Shown here: positions 8,500 to 10,895 of the stretch, piece by piece
Layout: each line of letters begins with the position of its first letter
Position numbering within the stretch: the first letter of the stretch is position 1
Assembly: GCF_003334315.1 (NCBI RefSeq)
Contig: NZ_QOWR01000087.1
DNA length: 10,895 nucleotides
Strand: one strand, 5' to 3'
Source: Escherichia coli
GTDB taxonomy: Bacteria > Pseudomonadota > Gammaproteobacteria > Enterobacterales > Enterobacteriaceae
Notes under the pieces: model-generated
What the model saw: the letters and a program-made list of their open reading frames with translations, nothing else
Database searches by the model: none
What the model was told of the DNA's origin: nothing
Position numbers and translations under genes: made by a program

Positions 8500-9288
8500 A
8501 TGGCCTATCGTTCCGCACCGCTCTATGAAGATATCATCTGGCGAACGCATCTCCAGCCGCAGGATGCTGGGCTTGCACAAGCCGTACGTGCGACGATCGC
8601 CAAACATCGTGAACATTTGCTCGAGTTTATCCGCCTGGATGAACCCGCTCCGCTTAACGCCATGACGCTGGCGCAATGGTCATCACCGAATGCGCTAAGT
8701 TCTCTACTCGCGGTCTATTCCGATCATATCTATCGCAACCAACCAACGATGATCCGCGAGAACAAACCGCTGATCTCACTATGGGCACAATGGTATATCG
8801 GCCTGATGGTGCCACCATTAATGCTGGCGCTACTGACGCAGGAAAAGGCATTAGATGTGTCGCCGGAACATTTCCATGCTGAGTTTCACGAAACCGGACG
8901 CGTCGCCTGTTTCTGGGTCGATGTGTGTGAAGATAAAAACGCAACACCACATTCGCCGCAGCAGCGAATGGAAACGTTAATCAGCCAGGCGCTGGTTCCG
9001 GTTGTGCAGGCACTAGAAGCGACCGGAGAGATCAACGGCAAACTTATCTGGAGTAATACCGGTTATTTGATCAACTGGTATCTCACTGAGATGAAGCAGC
9101 TGCTCGGCGAGGCGACGGTTGAATCGCTGCGCCATGCCCTCTTTTTTGAGAAAACGCTCACGAACGGTGAAGATAATCCACTCTGGCGTACCGTGGTACT
9201 GCGCGATGGCCTGCTGGTGCGCCGCACTTGCTGCCAGCGTTATCGCTTACCGGATGTGCAGCAATGTGGCGATTGTACGCTGAAATGA
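8500..9288 (+). CDS. fhuF: Ferric-siderophore reductase FhuF ([2Fe-2S] protein)
   Basis: 262-aa ORF MAYRSAPLYEDIIWRTHL ending in the Cys cluster C-C-x10-C-x2-C (RRTCCQRYRLPDVQQCGDCTLK) characteristic of FhuF. Confidence 0.93.
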   Translation: MAYRSAPLYEDIIWRTHLQPQDAGLAQAVRATIAKHREHLLEFIRLDEPAPLNAMTLAQWSSPNALSSLLAVYSDHIYRNQPTMIRENKPLISLWAQWYIGLMVPPLMLALLTQEKALDVSPEHFHAEFHETGRVACFWVDVCEDKNATPHSPQQRMETLISQALVPVVQALEATGEINGKLIWSNTGYLINWYLTEMKQLLGEATVESLRHALFFEKTLTNGEDNPLWRTVVLRDGLLVRRTCCQRYRLPDVQQCGDCTLK

Positions 9289-9294
9289 AAGCAC

Positions 9295-9316
9295 TGCCGG
9301 GGAAGTAAACCCGGCA
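9295..9316. terminator. Hairpin between the convergent fhuF and bglJ genes (possible bidirectional terminator)
   Basis: tgccggg / cccggca 7-bp stem with an 8-nt loop, 7 bp after the fhuF stop and 10 bp after the bglJ stop. Flanking U-tracts are modest. Confidence 0.45.
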
Positions 9317-9325
9317 TCATGCGGA

Positions 9326-10003
9326 TTAATAGGGATGCAACACATTACTTGCTTCGCAATGCCGCATACATAACAGAATATCTGCGGCCTCCAACAACCC
9401 TGCATCAGAACTGACGCCCAGTTTCGACATCACATTAAATTTATGTGCACGGATCGTTTTGATATTGCGTTTAAGCTGCTCGGCAATTTGTGTCATTGAG
9501 TAGCCACGCGACATAAAGCGCAATATTTCTCTCTCCGTGGGGCTTAGCGTCCGGCTTTGGTTAATGTACCACTGATTGTTCAGTCGGTCGGTCGCCTGAC
9601 GTACACCATTTAATGACAAAAAGAGTTCCTGATGAAAAATCTCCAGCGTTGACGCTTTACTTAATACACCGTCCAGCGGTGATGGCGACAATGAACCAAT
9701 CAGCCGAGCTTCAATATCATCATCCGCAATAACTAAACGCCGGGTACGCGGAAACTTAATCGCCAGTTCAGTCAGGCAAGATAATCCCTCTCTGCGCTCA
9801 CTTCTCATGGCAGAAAAAGAAAAAATGACCGCCGCAAACGAGATCCGCGTCATGGCATCCTGAAATGACTCCTGACTGGTATAGGTATGGAGCTTATAAG
9901 GGTTACCCGCAAACTTTCTGAATAAACTCTCAATACCGATACTACTCATGACGCATTTTTCTATGAGTGCGACATTTCTCTTCTTAATTCGGCTGTGTTC
10001 CAT
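9326..10003 (-). CDS. bglJ: LuxR/FixJ-type transcriptional activator BglJ
   Basis: 225-aa [31 protein letters not shown] with a C-terminal LuxR-type HTH ([44 protein letters not shown]). The start overlaps the 3' end of yjjQ by 43 nt. Confidence 0.92.
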   Translation of the reverse strand: MEHSRIKKRNVALIEKCVMSSIGIESLFRKFAGNPYKLHTYTSQESFQDAMTRISFAAVIFSFSAMRSERREGLSCLTELAIKFPRTRRLVIADDDIEARLIGSLSPSPLDGVLSKASTLEIFHQELFLSLNGVRQATDRLNNQWYINQSRTLSPTEREILRFMSRGYSMTQIAEQLKRNIKTIRAHKFNVMSKLGVSSDAGLLEAADILLCMRHCEASNVLHPY

Positions 10004-10442
10004 TCTGCGGCATCTCCATAAACAGAAGGCAAGTTAAGTTCTCTTGCACCCTGCGCGCTATTTATCCATGCATACATTTCAGCGTTGCTGTGAATTGCCA
10101 GTCGACGCATCGCACTGTTTTTTTGGGCGCTGATAGTTTTATTACTTTTCTTAAGCAATGAAGCTATCTGGTTGATGCCCCATCCTTTACCTAATAGCCG
10201 CAGTACCTTGCGCTCTGAAAGAGTGAGAATGACGGAGCGATAGCTAAAATCATGAGTTTCAGTCATTGCCGGAGAGGTCAGCATGGCGCTGATACGCTCT
10301 GCGTGCGTATTGCCGGAACGTACGGTCTTGACCAGATTCTCAATGGGTTCAACATCAGACAATAACGTCGCCGTAGGGCACATGAGCAGTTCTACTGCCT
10401 GGGAATACCAGGAGCGTGACACCATGAAAACCCAGTGAATTT
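9961..10442 (-). pseudogene. yjjQ: yjjQ (LuxR-type regulator), 3' portion only; 5' part separated by an IS1 insertion
   Basis: The reading frame ending at 9961 with a LuxR HTH ([42 protein letters not shown]) stays open upstream of the ATG at 10425, encoding ..[12 protein letters not shown].., up to the IS1 terminus at 10443. From memory full-length YjjQ is about 241 aa, so roughly 87 N-terminal codons are displaced beyond the IS. A 154-aa ORF (9961-10425) remains that could in principle be translated. Confidence 0.75.
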
Positions 10443-10895
10443 GGTAATGACTCCAACTTATTGATAGTGTTTTATGTTCAGATAATGCCCGATGACTTTG
10501 TCATGCAGCTCCACCGATTTTGAGAACGACAGCGACTTCCGTCCCAGCCGTGCCAGGTGCTGCCTCAGATTCAGGTTATGCCGCTCAATTCGCTGCGTAT
10601 ATCGCTTGCTGATTACGTGCAGCTTTCCCTTCAGGCGGGATTCATACAGCGGCCAGCCATCCGTCATCCATATCACCACGTCAAAGGGTGACAGCAGGCT
10701 CATAAGACGCCCCAGCGTCGCCATAGTGCGTTCACCGAATACGTGCGCAACAACCGTCTTCCGGAGACTGTCATACGCGTAAAACAGCCAGCGCTGGCGC
10801 GATTTAGCCCCGACGTATCCCCACTGTTCGTCCATTTCCGCGCAGACGATGACGTCACTGCCCGGCTGTATGCGCGAGGTTACCGACTGCGGCCT
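10443..10895 (-). mobile_element. IS1 insertion sequence, right end (partial; continues beyond the window)
   Basis: Terminal sequence ggtaatgactccaacttattgatagtg matches the IS1 right inverted repeat, followed by the insB reading frame. The element is 768 bp in full, so about 315 bp lies outside the window. The flanking 9 bp agtgaattt (10434-10442) is the candidate target-site duplication. Confidence 0.92.
10458..10895 (-). CDS. insB: IS1 transposase InsB reading frame (part of InsAB'), 5'-truncated by the window edge
   Basis: Translation ..[125 protein letters not shown] matches IS1 InsB. The frame is open to the window end. Confidence 0.9.
   Translation of the reverse strand, partial: RPQSVTSRIQPGSDVIVCAEMDEQWGYVGAKSRQRWLFYAYDSLRKTVVAHVFGERTMATLGRLMSLLSPFDVVIWMTDGWPLYESRLKGKLHVISKRYTQRIERHNLNLRQHLARLGRKSLSFSKSVELHDKVIGHYLNIKHYQ

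Noticed and set aside
9961-10425. Treating the 154-aa ORF as an intact, naturally short yjjQ
   Set aside because: The frame is open upstream of the ATG at 10425 for six more sense codons that match the YjjQ sequence, and then enters the IS1 terminal repeat. This indicates truncation by insertion rather than a native start.

Overview
This window reads as a well-known Escherichia coli core-chromosome segment, in reverse orientation relative to the K-12 map as I recall it. The gene order is yjjV, yjjU, ytjA, osmY, prfC, yjjG, rimI, holD (all minus strand), then rsmC (+), one tRNA-Leu(CAG) (+), yjjZ (-), fhuF (+), bglJ (-) and yjjQ (-). All gene identities come from reading the translated ORFs and recognising family motifs; no database search was run. 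I do not see evidence of a novel or undescribed system here. The most notable feature is that yjjQ is interrupted by the right end of an IS1 element at position 10443, which runs off the window edge and sits directly upstream of bglJ. Secondary observations are a single tRNA-Leu(CAG) where I recall three tandem copies in K-12, a cluster of Fur boxes in the yjjZ/fhuF divergent promoter region, the sigma-S-type osmY promoter with a long leader, and REP/BIME repeats downstream of rsmC and yjjV. The ORF track reports the longest ORF including TTG/GTG starts, so several starts were moved downstream to match RBS placement and remembered protein lengths.
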